DNA of 64,000 nt from NCBI RefSeq assembly GCF_963921235.1, contig NC_086097.1:172114001-172178000 (forward strand), given 5' to 3'. The stretch is from Mobula hypostoma. Its lineage: Eukaryota. Both the position numbers and the translations under genes were made by a program. Of this stretch, positions 51,681-64,000 are shown one piece after another (position 1 is the stretch's first letter; each line of letters opens with the position of its first letter). Below the pieces are notes generated by a model that was not told the origin of the DNA, did no database searches, and saw nothing but the letters and a program-made list of their open reading frames with translations.

Positions 51681-52289
51681 TTCTACAGAGATCTTATACC
51701 TCAGCACTGTTTTCCTGCCCAAGCCCGCATCCTCTGATTCCCTTTAATATCTAAGGCTCCATAAAGCTCAGTGTACTCAACAACTGAGTCCACAACACAA
51801 TTGGGGAGGGGACTCCATAGCTCACAACCCTCTGGGTGAAAAACAACCTCTCACCTTGGTTCTGCAGGATAAACCACTTACTTTGAAGCAATGACCCTGA
51901 TTCCAGGCACCAGGAAGAAGAATTTTGCACAAGCTAATGAAATCAATTCTCACTTTCTACATGGCATATGCCCCATGTATTCCTGGGTGTACATTTTAGG
52001 GCAGCTACTTTAACCGATAATATTAATCACCAGTAACTCTAACTCTGAGTCTCAGTCCAAATTGACAATATTTCCAAATTCCACTGATCCCTAGGAGACG
52101 TAAGAGACTGCGGATGATGGAATCTGGGGCAACAAACAATAACTTGGAGGAACTCAGAGGATTGAATGAAAGGGCCACGAAAATTGGAAAATGCTTGTCT
52201 TTTCTGTTTGATTTCCTTGGGGAGTTATCTAGACAGTGTGCCGGTGGGGGTGGGGGGTATTATGTGCTACTTCTCTGGCAGAGGAAAAT

Positions 52290-53490
52290 GATAAGTCAAA
52301 TTTATTGTCATTCAACTACATATATGTACATAACGTATAAAAAAACTGAGACAATGTTTCTTTGAACCAGGGTGTAAAGCACAGTAGAACACATAACACA
52401 CTTACAAAGGTAAAGATAAAATCCACAGATCAATCACACATAAATAACAAACTAAAGTGCGTTCATATTAAATATTGTACTGGAACAGATTAACCAGTGA
52501 CACTTCGAATACGATGCGGCTGGAAGTTCAGAAGCCTAATGACTTGGAGGAAGAAACAGTTTCAACCTGACCGTTCTTGTTTTTAATGCATCGTAGTCTC
52601 TTGCCTGATGGTAGAAGGTTAAAGAGGATGCTGGATGGATGGGTGGGATCCTCTCAGCTCTTCTCACAGTCCTTTGTAGGGGCTTCTGATTCGATGCTTG
52701 ACTGCTCCCAAACCAGATGGAGATGAAACTTGTCAGGATGCTCTCAATGGTCCTCCTGTAAAATGTAGTTAAGATAGAGGGGGAGGGGAAATCTTGTTTG
52801 CCTCAGTCTTCTTAGGACGTGGAGGTGCTGCTGTGCCTTCTTGTTCAGGGAGGCGATATTAAGGGACCAGGTGATGTTATCCATGATGTGAACTCCCAGG
52901 AACTTGGTGCACAACTCTTTCTTCGGAGGAGCCATGTATTCACAGAGAGGAATGGTTCCTCCACACATTCCTGAAGTCCACAATGATTTCCCTTGTCTTC
53001 TCTTCAGGATTAGGTTGTTCTTCTCACCCCAATCCACCAGCTGCTCCACTTCCTCTCGATACGCCACCTCATCATTGTTCTTGACAAGGCTAGCCACTGC
53101 TGTGTTATCCGCTAAATTGATGACATGGCTGGAGCTGGATCCTGCGACACAGTCACGCGTCAGCAGAGTGAACAGCAGCAGGCTGAGCGCACAGCTTTGG
53201 GGAGCTCCAGTGCTCAGTGTAATGGAACTAGAGATGCTGCTGCCCACACAGCCTGACTGTGGCCTTAGTGTTAAGAAGTCCAGTGTCCAGTCGCAGAGCG
53301 AGGCGTTGAGACCCAGCAAGGACAATTTTCCCACCTGTTTCTGGGGTATGGTGTTGAATATCGAAATGAAGTCTATAAACAACAGACTGGCATATGGGAC
53401 CTGATTTTCCAGGTGGGACTGAACAGAGTGGAGGGCAGAGGCTATTGCATCGTCAGTGGATCAATTTGAGTGATAAGCAAACTGAAAAGG
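52290..53490 (-). mobile_element. Rex1/Babar-like LINE RT fragment
   Basis: [34 protein letters not shown] (52744-53382). Confidence 0.88.
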
Positions 53491-53499
53491 GTCCAATGT

Positions 53500-54228
53500 G
53501 CCAGAAGAAAGCACAGCAATGTCATCACAAAGGCAGCACAACAGCACCACTATTTCTTAGAAGTGTGCGTAGATTCAGCATGCTACCAAAAACTTCAACA
53601 TCCTTTCTGGGCATTTGTGTGATGCAACCAGTTAGGATCTTCTCCACTGTGCAAAAACTTGTGCCAAAAAAATTGACTAACTTCAATAGATGCACAATGG
53701 AGAATATTCTAACTGATTGCATCACAGCCTGGTATGGAAACATCAAGGCACAGGAACAGAAAGTGGTGGACACAGTCCAGTCCATCACAGGCAAAGCCTT
53801 CCCCGCCACTGAATACATATACATGGAGCACTGCAACAAGGTAGCAGCGTTCATCATTGAAGACCACACCTTCCAGTCCATGCTCTCTTCTCACTACTAC
53901 CAATCGGCAGGAGGTCCAGAAGCTTCAAGAACAGTTATTACCTAATAACCATTAGGCTCCTGAACCAGTGTGGATAACTTCATTCATCAATACTCTGAAC
54001 TGATTCTACAACATACAGACTCACTTTCAAGGGCTCTTTACAACTCATGCTCTCAGTATTATTTTTATTTGGAATTTGTCTTCTTTTGCACATCGAATGT
54101 TGGTCAGTCTTTGTTTATGTTTAGGCTTTTCTTTATAGTCAATTGTAATTCTTCCCTGTAAATGCCTGCAGGAAAATGAATCTCCAGGTAGGATATGATA
54201 ACATATACAATACGCATGTACATTGAAC
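53500..54228 (+). mobile_element. Rex1/Babar-like 3' fragment
   Basis: NRCTMENILTDCITAWYGN motif. Confidence 0.75.
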
Positions 54229-55074
54229 ATGGTGCAGGTTTAGGACATGTGTAAAAATCCAGCGTGGGCTGAGAATTAGTTAACAGCTAAGCTGAAAACT
54301 AGGAATAACGTGGTCTTTCTCAGGGTGACAGACTGGAGCCGGTGGGGTCCTACCAGGATGGGTACTCAAGTCCCAGTCATTTGTAACAGACGTAATATTT
54401 CAAAGCAACGCTCATCTGCTGGCAGAATTCTGCAGGTCGTGGGGAGGAAGAAATTATTGACATTTTGGGTCAAAACCCTGCATCAGGACTGACAGTGGGA
54501 AGGGAAGATACTCAGCATACAGTGGAGAGGGACAGTGGCCTCGAAGAAATGAAGGATAATGGGCAGGTCAAGTCAGATAGGGAAGGGGAGGAGCTGGGAG
54601 GCAGATGTTGGTATATGATAGATGGAGGCAGGGAAAGAAAAATAGAGCAAAATGCATGGGATGGGGGTTGAAGGGCAAAGCAAAGGTGGAATCAGATACT
54701 ACAAGGTAGTATGTCAGACCACAAAGGCTACTTGTGCTAGTATCTGATAACCTTTACACAATCATTTACAAGCTTACAGACCAAGGGCTGAGAAAAGGCA
54801 TGGAGTTTGACAGCTCTTCAAGCTGGTATGGATCAGAGGGCCAAATAACTGTGCTACAATTGTGTAATTCTATTCAACATTCAAGCTGAATGTAGAGCTC
54901 AGCGAACTTGCTTGTTGTACACTGGCTGATTTGAAAGGTGCATCCAAAGTCTGAGAAGGGCTAAGGTCAGATATTAGACTATAGAGTAGGTCCTGGGATA
55001 CACACATACCAGATTTAGAAACTGCTGTAGTCTTACTATCAGGTAAATGTTGAGGATCCCACAGCAATGTGCTG

Positions 55075-55930
55075 AAGATCAGAATCAGGCTCATTGTCAC
55101 TGACATAAGTCATGAAGTTTGATGTTTTGTGACATCAGTGCAATGCAGGCATAACACATCACTCTAAGTTACAATAAAAAATAAATAGTGCAAAAGAGGA
55201 AGACTGAGCTAATGCTCACGAGTTCATAGAAGGTTAAGCAATCTGATAGCAGAGGGAAAGGTGCTGTTCCCAAAATGTAAAGTGTGGGTCTTCAGGTTCC
55301 TGTACATTAGTGGTTCTGTGGACAACCCCCCTCCCCCCACCCCCGGTTAATGGTAGTGGCTTGTGGCATTAAAAAAAAGGTTGGGGAAACCCTGCTGTAC
55401 ATCCTCACTGATGGTAGTAATGAGAAATGGGAATTTCCTAGATGGTGAGGGTCTTTAATGATGGATGTTATCTTCTTGAGGCACCACCTTTTGAAGATTT
55501 TCTCAATGGAAAGAGGGCTTGTGCCCATAATGGAGCAGGCTGAGAATACAACACTCTCAAATCTCTTACAATCCTGTGCTCTGGTGTCTCCCTGGTACAC
55601 AGTGATGCAGCCAGTCTGAATTCTCTCCAGTGTACATCTGCAGAAATCTGCTTAAGTTTTTGGTGACATACCAAATCCACTCAAATTCCCAATGAAGTAT
55701 CGCCGCTGGCGAGCTTTTGCCGTGATTGCATCAATATGGTGGGCCCAGGATAGATCGTCTGAGATGACAAGCCCAGTAATTTGAAACTACTCACTCTTTG
55801 AAGAATGAGGATCCTCAATGAAGACCGATGTTGTTCACCTGACTTCCCCTTCCTAAAGGCTACAATCACTTCCTTGGTGTTGCTGACACTGAGTGCAAGG
55901 TTGTTGCCATGCCGACACTCGACCAGTCAA
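55075..55930 (-). mobile_element. Rex1/Babar-like 3' fragment
   Basis: IVAFRKGK and IIKDPHHLG..LLPS motifs. Confidence 0.75.
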
Positions 55931-56040
55931 TCTCTTTCACAGAACAGAGGCTTTCTGGCTAATTTTAACCCTCAATCAATATCACTGAAACAAGTTTTCT
56001 TGGCATTAGGAAAGAGGGTGCTGAAGGGAGAGATAGGATT

Positions 56041-57600
56041 CAGGTGTCCCCCGCTTTTTGAACGTTCGCTTTACGAAACCTCACTGTTACGAAAGACCTA
56101 CATTAGTACCCTATTTTCGCTTTCAGAAGGTGTTTTCACTGTTACGAAAAAAAATTCAGCGCGCGATAAAAGGCAGCGCGCCCTGAGCAGCTGCTCTCCC
56201 CCGGATTCTCGCCGGCATTGCTTAAACACGAGCCTGTGAGCAGCCGTTTGCAAGATGAGTTCTACGGTATCGGAAAAGCCTGAAAGAGCTCGTAAGGGTG
56301 TTACACTTACGGTAAAACTAGACATAATTAAGCGTTTTGATCGTGCTGAATGAAGTAAGGACAACGTGAGTTTGGCTTGTGGAAGTTGACGAAGATGATG
56401 TTGAAGAGGTTTTGGCATCCCATCACCAAGAACTGACAGATGAACAGCTGATGCAATTGGAAGAAAAAAGGATAATAATCGAAACCAAACGAGCAATGAT
56501 AAAGTACGACTTTAATTTTAAAAGGGTACGTCGGTTTAGGGGATATTTGCAGTTTGGTTTGAGTCCTTATTAAAGAACTGTGTGATAGAAAAATACGCGA
56601 GGCTCAGAGGTCAAGCAAGCCTTCCACATCAGCCACAGCAGACGACGAACCTCGACCTTCGACATCGAGGCGGGCAGTCATAGGAGAAGATGAGCTGCCT
56701 GCTCTAATGGAAACAGACGACGAGATGACACCCCAGTGTCCCACCACCCCAACCCCCAGGCCACGGACAGATACCGATTCGCGGAGAATGCAAAGGTAGC
56801 CGGGAGGCACACAGCACATCTTTAAGAAAAAAGCCGAAATAAACATGCTAATTAATTAGGTGCCGCCGACACGTAATTGTCGGTCCCGATCAGAGACGAC
56901 GCAATTGGAAATCAGCACTGATCTGGGCCGACAATTACGGGCGGCACCTAATTAATTAGCACGTTTGTTTCGGCTTTTTTCTTAAAGATGTGCTGTGTAC
57001 CTCCTGGCTACTGCTGGACCCCTGTGTTCTTCGCGGCAATGTATCGCTCAGCGGCCTGGAGGGTGGGGGGCCACTGCACCACCCAAACGCCGACGACTCA
57101 GTCTAACACACCATCATCAGTGTGCTCGGCGCTGAACCAATTCCGATAAGAGATACTACACTGTACATACATTATTTCTACTTTATATAGGCTGTGTATT
57201 TTTACGTGTTAATTGGTATGATTTGGCAGCTTCATAGCTTAAAGGTTACTGGAGAGCCCTTGCGCCGTGTTTTTGCCAACAGCGCTTGCGTGAGACTTTC
57301 TGCCGACGGCGCTTGCGTGAGACTTCCGCTCCGGAGAACATTCAGTAATGATTGTGGAGAAGTATTTCTACTTTATATAGGCTGTGTATTTATCATATCA
57401 TTCCTGCTTTTACTATATGTTACTGTTATTTTAGGTTTTATGTGTTATTTGGCATGATTTGGTAGGTTATTTTTGGGTTTGCGAACGCTCACAAAATTTT
57501 CCCATATAAATAAATGGTAATTGCTTCTTCGCTTTACGACATTTCGGCTTACGAACTGTTTCATAGTGACGCTCTACCTTCGGATGGTGGGGGAAACCTA
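56041..57600 (+). mobile_element. Internally deleted Tigger/pogo-like DNA transposon
   Basis: Ends CAGGTGTCCCCCG / GGGGGAAACCT(A). N-terminal HTH remnant RKGVTLTVKLDIIKRFD (~56290-56341) and C-terminal DVEEVLASHHQELTDEQLMQLE (56379-56573). Confidence 0.82.
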
Positions 57601-58619
57601 TTTAGAGTTGGGGAGAGGTAAAGAAGGAACATGTTTGTGCTTGTATACCTGTGTGGTCTGTTTATATGTACAGACAGATTTTTGTGCAGATGTGTTGTGA
57701 CCACAAACTGGCTGCTGACTTTCCTAAATTACTACAGCAGCTACACTTCAAACTTCATTGGATCGAACTCTCTGTTAGATAACCAGAGCTCATGAAACTT
57801 CCTTGGATCGAACACTCTATTAGACATGAACCTCACTACAGAAATGTAAATTTTCATCAGTACATTACCCCTTAAGTGCCTCATCTACTCAGCTCAGTAC
57901 CTTCCAACTCCCACCTTCTCCAGCTTTCTGCATACTGTTTCATAACTCAATTCTCCCCCACAGCCAGCCTTCACTTGGCAATATCAGGGAGCAGACAGCT
58001 TTCCATTTCCTGTATATCTCTTCAGTCCAATTTACTCTCCAACACTCTCCTTCTTGGAACTGTTTAATCACATTTATGATTATTTTTGGTAGATGGACAG
58101 ATGCACTCTTTGTGATCCACCCAGCACATTACTTCCCTGCCTCCAACAATTTCTTTCCTTAAAGTATCAGCAATATTCACTGTTCATTAAATGCACTAAC
58201 TCAAACTTGAAGGCGAGTACAAGTTTAATGGCAGAGTTCCTTGTAGTCATAGAGTTAGGTAGCTTGGAAACAGCCCTTTTGGCTCAACTGCTCCAGGCTA
58301 CAAGATGCCCCATCCAATCTCACCCAACTTGCCATATACCCGTCCAACTGTCTTTTAAAACTTGTTATTGTACCTGCCTCAAACCTTATCTAAGCCTCAC
58401 TGACTCTATACACCTCTATATGATCAACCTCACAGTCTCCATACGCTAAGTTCAATCCTGTTTAACTTCCCCTGTAACTCAGTCCATCAAGCTGTGTCAT
58501 CTTCCTTGTAAATCTTTTCTACACTCTTTCCAATTTATTAACCTATTTCCAATAGCAAGGTGACCAAAACAGATCATAATACTCAAAATGTGGCCCCACA
58601 ATCGTCCTGTACCACCACC

Positions 58620-59725
58620 ACCATGACCTCCCAAACTCTAAAGCACAGAACCAGGCTCTTTGGCCCATCTAGTCCATGCCAGCCTGGACTTCTGCATTGC
58701 CACATCTCCAGGCACCCAGATGAGAGTCCTCCATATCCCTCTAATCCATGTCCCTATCCAAACTTCTCTTCAGTGTTACAATTGAACCCGCATCTACCAC
58801 TTACACTGGCAGCTCATTCCACATTCACGCCACCCTCTGAGTGAAGAAGTTCTCCTTCAGATTCCCCTTAAATATTTCACCTTTCACACTGAACAAATGA
58901 CCCCTAGCTCTATTCTCACCAAACCAGAGGGGGAAAACCCCTGCGTGCATTCACCCTATCTATACCCCTCATAATTTTGTATATTTCTATAATATCTCCT
59001 CTCATTATCCGGCACTCCAGGAAATAAAATCCTGAAATGATTCAACCTCCCCCTTTAACTCAGATCCTCAAGTCCCAGCAGCATCTCTGTAACTTTTCTC
59101 CACACGCTTTTAAATTTATTGATAACTGGTGGGTGACCAGTCTGCAAACAATACTTCAAATTTTGCCTCATCAACATCCTATACAACCTCAACATACCAT
59201 CCCAACTTCTGTTCTCAGTGGCCAGATTTATGAGGCCATTGTGCTAAAGGTTCTCTTCATGATGCTTTCTACCTGTGATGCTACTTTCAAGGAATTATGG
59301 ATCTGTATTCCCATTTCTACTGCACACATTAGCTAGTTTTCATCCCATTTTCCCAGTTGGTCAAGGCCATTCTTCAAGCTTTGATAGCTTTTCTTGCTGC
59401 CCACTATGCTCCAATCATGGTGCCATCCATCCACTTGCTGATCCAGTTTACCACATTATCATCTAAATTATGAAAATAGATCATAAGCAACAATGGACCC
59501 AACACTAATCCCTGTGGCACAACAATAGTCACAGGCCCCATTCAGAAAGACAACCATCTACAACCACTCTTTAGCTTCTCCCACTGCCAATACTGAATCT
59601 AATTTACTACTTCATCCTGAATGCCAAATGACTTAACCTTCTACACCAGCCTTCCATGTGGGACCTTGTTAAGCACTTCCCAAATTCCATGTAGACAACA
59701 TCCACCCTCGTTCTTTCATCAACCT
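58620..59725 (-). mobile_element. CR1 fragments
   Basis: Reverse complement of the VVYMEFGK..KVP and QGLVLGPLL motifs and a CR1 3' tail. Confidence 0.75.
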
Positions 59726-60184
59726 TTTGGGGACAGTTTTGATGCCAAAACAAATAGGAGACTGAAGTGCGTTCACAAAGAATGGGATGGTTTCATATAA
59801 TGGATGCTTGCTTCAGGTTATGAAGCAATAGATTCACATTTCACTCCAGGGGCTGGACTGAAAGAGTATTGCACTGTTGTATGTGTCATCCTTTGGATCT
59901 ACCTTCCTCTACCTACCGGCACAAAACTAATGCAAAGGGCATTAGCTGAAAGGTCCTGGCCAATCACCACAGTACTGCATTAACACTGAATCAGGACATT
60001 GGGCCCATTAAGTCTATGCTGACGCCCATCACCAAATCCCATTTCCACGTGTAGCCTTGCAGATTACTCTGCTTTGAAGGCTCTGATTGCCTCTGTTTCT
60101 ATACCCTAATAGGCAATGTTTTCCAAAACATCATCACTAACTGCATATAGAAAAATGCCTCACAAAGATATGATTAAGCTAGAG

Positions 60185-60620
60185 AGGAGATAGAATAGAT
60201 TCACAGGAGTGTTGCCTGGAAGTGATAAGAAAAGCTTGGATAGGCTGTCTCCATTTTTCTTGGAGTATAGAAGGCTGAGGGTAACCTTATAGAGGTTTAT
60301 AAAATCACAAGGGGCATAGATAAACTGAATGGCTACAGTCAGGGTAGGAGAGTCTAAAATTAGAGGACATTGGTTTAAACTGAGGTGGGATCAATTTAAA
60401 AAGGACCTAAGTGGCAACTGTCTCATACAGAGAGTGGTGATTATGTGGAACGAGCTGCCAGAGGAAGCAGTTGTGTCCAAATATAATCTTTAAAAGACAT
60501 TTGAAGAGGTGCACGGATAAGAAAAGTTTGGAGAGATATGAGCCAATTGCAGGGAAATGAAATCAGCTCAAGAGTCGGGCTGAAATGCCTGATTCTATGC
60601 TGTATAACTCTATATAACTT
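60185..60620 (+). mobile_element. CR1 3' tail
   Basis: NLIEVYKI..WNELPEE-type remnants. Confidence 0.7.
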
Positions 60621-60999
60621 TACATTCTCCCTTGTACCTTATGGCCTTTACTTTCACTCTGTATCACAGATCTTGATTCTTCCTATAATGGGAGCAGTGC
60701 TACCTTGTCTAAAGCCATCATTGTTTTGTTTATGCCTGTCAAATCTCTTCTCAATCTCCAAAGAGAACAGTTCCAATTGCCAATCTAACCCTTCCCTATC
60801 CATGGAACCATTTAATTAATGCTTTAAAGCTTTTCTCCACCCCTCCCTCATGCTTCCTTTAGGGATGTGGCCACAATTGGGCACATCATTTCAGTTGCGA
60901 TGCAACAAATGTTTATAAACAGAACACAAAGCATGGAACAGTGCAACACAATGCATGCTCTTCGCGCACTACTGTGCTGACCTACAGTATATAAACCAA

Positions 61000-62420
61000 C
61001 TATATTGGTTCATTGTGGGTAGAGTTAAGAAAATGCAAGGATAAAAAGACCCTGATTGGAGTTATATATATGCCACTGAACAGTAGCTAGAATATGGGGC
61101 ACAATTTACAATGGGAGAAGAACTAGCCAAAGATGATTGGAAGGGGACACTAGCAGGGATGATGGCAGAACAGCAAAGACTGGAGCTTCTGGGAGTAATT
61201 CAAAAGGAGCACAATAGATGGGTTCCAAAGTAGTAGTATTCTAAAGGGAGGATGAGCCAACCGTGGCTGACAAAGAAGTCAAAGGCAGCATAAAAGTAAA
61301 AAAGAGGACATCTGTTATAGCAAAAAGTTACTTATTTTATTTTTATTTAGTGATATAATGTGGAATAAGTCCTGTGGCCCAGCTACCCCAAATTAACCCT
61401 AACATAATAACGGGACAATTTACGATGTACAATGACCAACTTATGTACCTGGTACATTGTTGGAATGTGTTCGGAAACCGAAGCACCCAAAGAAAACCCA
61501 CGCATTCTACAAGGATGTAAAGAAGACATCAGTGAGGAGTTAGCAGATTGGGAAGTTCTTAAAAGCAAACAGAAGGTAACAGAAAACAAAAACAGAAAGA
61601 AAAAATGAAATATGAAGGTAAGCAAGCAAGTAATATAAAAGGTGACACCAAAAGTTTTTTTTTTTCGGATACAGTTTATAAAGAGTAAAAGGGATGGAAA
61701 ATATTGCTGGAGAGGTAGTACCTGGGACAAAGGAATAGCTGATGAACTTTAAAAGTATTTTGCATTAGTCTTACTGTGGAAAACAGCAGGAGTACATCAG
61801 ATATTTGGGACTGTCAAGGGGCAGTAGTGAGTGTAGTTGTCATTACTAAGGAAAAGGTGCTTGGGAAGCTGAAAGGTCTGAATGTTGATAAGTCATTTGA
61901 ACCAGATGGGCTACACCCTAGGGTTCTGAAAGAGGTAGCTGAACAGTTTGTGGAGGCATTAGTAATGATCTTTCAAGAATCACTGCATTCTGGAATGGTT
62001 CCAGAGGACTGGAAAGTGCAAATGTCACTTCAGTCAAAGTTATCAAAGTTCACGACATAAGCCAGTGATATTAAACCTGATTCTGATTCATCCTTCAAGA
62101 AGGGAGGGAGGCAGAAGTAAGGAAAATATAGGCCAGTCAGTCTGACTTCAGTGTTTGGAAAGATGTTGGAGTCCGTTATTATGGAGGAGGTTTCAGGGTA
62201 CTTGGAGGCACATCATAAAGTAGATTGAAGTCAACATGGTTTCCTTAAGGGGAAATCTTACCTGACAAATCTGTTGGAATTCTTTGAAGAAATAACAGGC
62301 AGGAAAGACAAAAGAGAATCAGTGGATGTTGTTTACTTGGATTTTCAGAAGGCCTTTGACAAGGTGCCACACATGACATTGCTTAACAATATGAGAGCCC
62401 ATGGTATTACAGGAAAGATT
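61000..62420 (+). mobile_element. Fragmented CR1 ORF2 (endonuclease end to RT start)
   Basis: PDGLHPRVLKEVA..PEDWK (61776-62060) and VYLDFQKAFDKVPH (62274-62507). Confidence 0.88.
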
Positions 62421-63511
62421 ACCAGCAGAGATGCTATTTGGCCTCATTCTCTCTCATATTCTTTGTTTGGAAATTGTCTCACAACCATTATCTCTGAAAC
62501 GGAATAGAAAATAGTGCTCTGTCGTACATCTAAAAACACAGTAAGATTGGAGCTAAATTTTTGAAGCAGTTTTCAGCAAGCTAACATTTCTATATCATGT
62601 TCCTAGCATATCTACTACATCCCAGAAAGAGGTAGTTCAGCCCAGCAGATCCATTCTGGCTCCGTATTAGAGGAACGATGTATTTCCATTTACATGTCCA
62701 ATCTCCACAGCCCCAAGGTTTCCTTCCTGTCAAATACCTTTTCCAGCCTCCTTTGATACAGTAAAATTGAATGGGCTCCCTGCACTCCATCACAGCGTTG
62801 CAGACACTAACCTCTTGCTCCATAATAAAAAAAATATCCTCTGGTTACTTTTGGTTCTTTTGCTACCAAAGGATAAATGTCTGGTCCATCATTTCAGTGG
62901 TGCCTTTGAGATCTCACTGTGCAATAAAGTAGCCATGCTTCGTACAACAGTGGTATCACGATAGTATTCCAATGAAGTAACATAAAGTAAATACAAGTTT
63001 TATTTTCTACAATCAGACCCAGACTGGTGATAAACTAATGCGGTACTGCTTGAAGCTGTTACATTTTCATAATTTTATGAAGGAAGGAACATTTGCTCAG
63101 TAAGTATCTGGAAAGTGTCCAGGTGCTCTTGTATATGTCAATACTTTATAAGTCCAGTTTCACTCGACAGTATTGCTAGTAAAGCCTCTCCGACAATAAA
63201 CTTGGAAACCAGTTCAAAGCCCGACTGAAAATGCAATATAAATGCAATTTTTTTGCCAGCACTTGGTGCACACAGCACAGCTCGTGAGGTAAGCTGAAGA
63301 AAGTCCCAAATTTATTTTATTTGATTGGAGATGTCTTGATGTTAACTTTAATGAAACAAAGCTTGATACTATATTGAAATATGAAGAGGTTACCAATAGA
63401 TTTTAAGGAGAGTTAGAGACACAAGGCAATGCAGCTACTGGAGTCCCAAGGAAAAAGCAAGCTCTGCAGCTCAGACAGCATCTGTAGAGGGAAATGGACA
63501 GTCAAGGTTTT

Positions 63512-64000
63512 GTCACAGTCACACTTTATTGATCCCGGGGGAAATTGGTTTTCGTTACAGTTGCACAGAACCATAAGTAGTTAAATAGTAATATGTAAAT
63601 TATGCCAGTAGATTATGAAATAAGTCCAGGACCAGCCTATCGGCTCAGGGTGTCTGACCCTCCAAGGGAGGAGTTATAAAGTTTGATGGCCACAGGCAGG
63701 AATGGCTTCCTATGACGCTCTGTGTTGCATCTCGGAGGAATGAGTCTCTGGCTGAATGTACTCCTGTGCCCAACCAGTACATTATGTAGTGGATGGGAGA
63801 CATTGACCAAGATGGCATGCAACTTAGACAGCATCCTCTTTTCAGACACCACCGTGAGAGAGTCCAGTTCCATCCCCACAACATCACTGGCCTTACAAAT
63901 GAGCTTATTGATTCTGCTGGTGTCTGCTACCCTCAGCCTGCTGCCCCAGCACACAACAGCAAACATGATAGCACTGGCCACCACAGACTCGTAGAACATC
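63512..64000 (-). mobile_element. Rex1/Babar-like LINE 3' end, runs off the window
   Basis: FYESVVASAIMFAVVCWGS..SHPLH..FLPVAIKLYN (63637-63999); minus-strand AATAAA near 63525. Confidence 0.88.

Noticed and set aside
57750..57825. Two ~30-bp direct repeats (AAACTTCATTGGATCGAAC...)
   Set aside because: Simple local duplication with only two units; not CRISPR-like in a vertebrate context.
63260..63288. Candidate 29-nt plus-strand micro-exon (TTTTGCCAG|...GAG|GTAAGC)
   Set aside because: Good-looking splice sites but isolated, not a multiple of 3, and unsupported.

Overview
Repeat-dense vertebrate genomic DNA, most likely from a cartilaginous fish (ray or shark). This is inferred from HE1/V-SINE-like, CR1, Rex1/Babar and Penelope-like repeats, not from a database match. 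The only host gene I can identify is a large GC-rich terminal coding exon of DSEL (dermatan sulfate epimerase-like) on the minus strand, 38429->35849. It begins at a splice acceptor, and no upstream coding exon is recognisable, so ~38.4-64 kb is probably intron. The rest is mostly mobile DNA: a decayed L1-clade ORF2 with poly(A), a near-complete Penelope-like RT/GIY-YIG element with a 14-bp TSD, nested hAT elements, a Tigger-like element with an internal hairpin, a solo LTR, and many CR1, Rex1 and SINE fragments. The most notable non-annotated structure is the Penelope 3' tail. It carries a minimal hammerhead-ribozyme motif in more than ten intact or decayed copies, and it occurs three times as a palindromic insertion with both 3' ends pointing outward, flanked by 13-14 bp target duplications. 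Boundaries of old repeats are approximate. No searches or folding programs were run.
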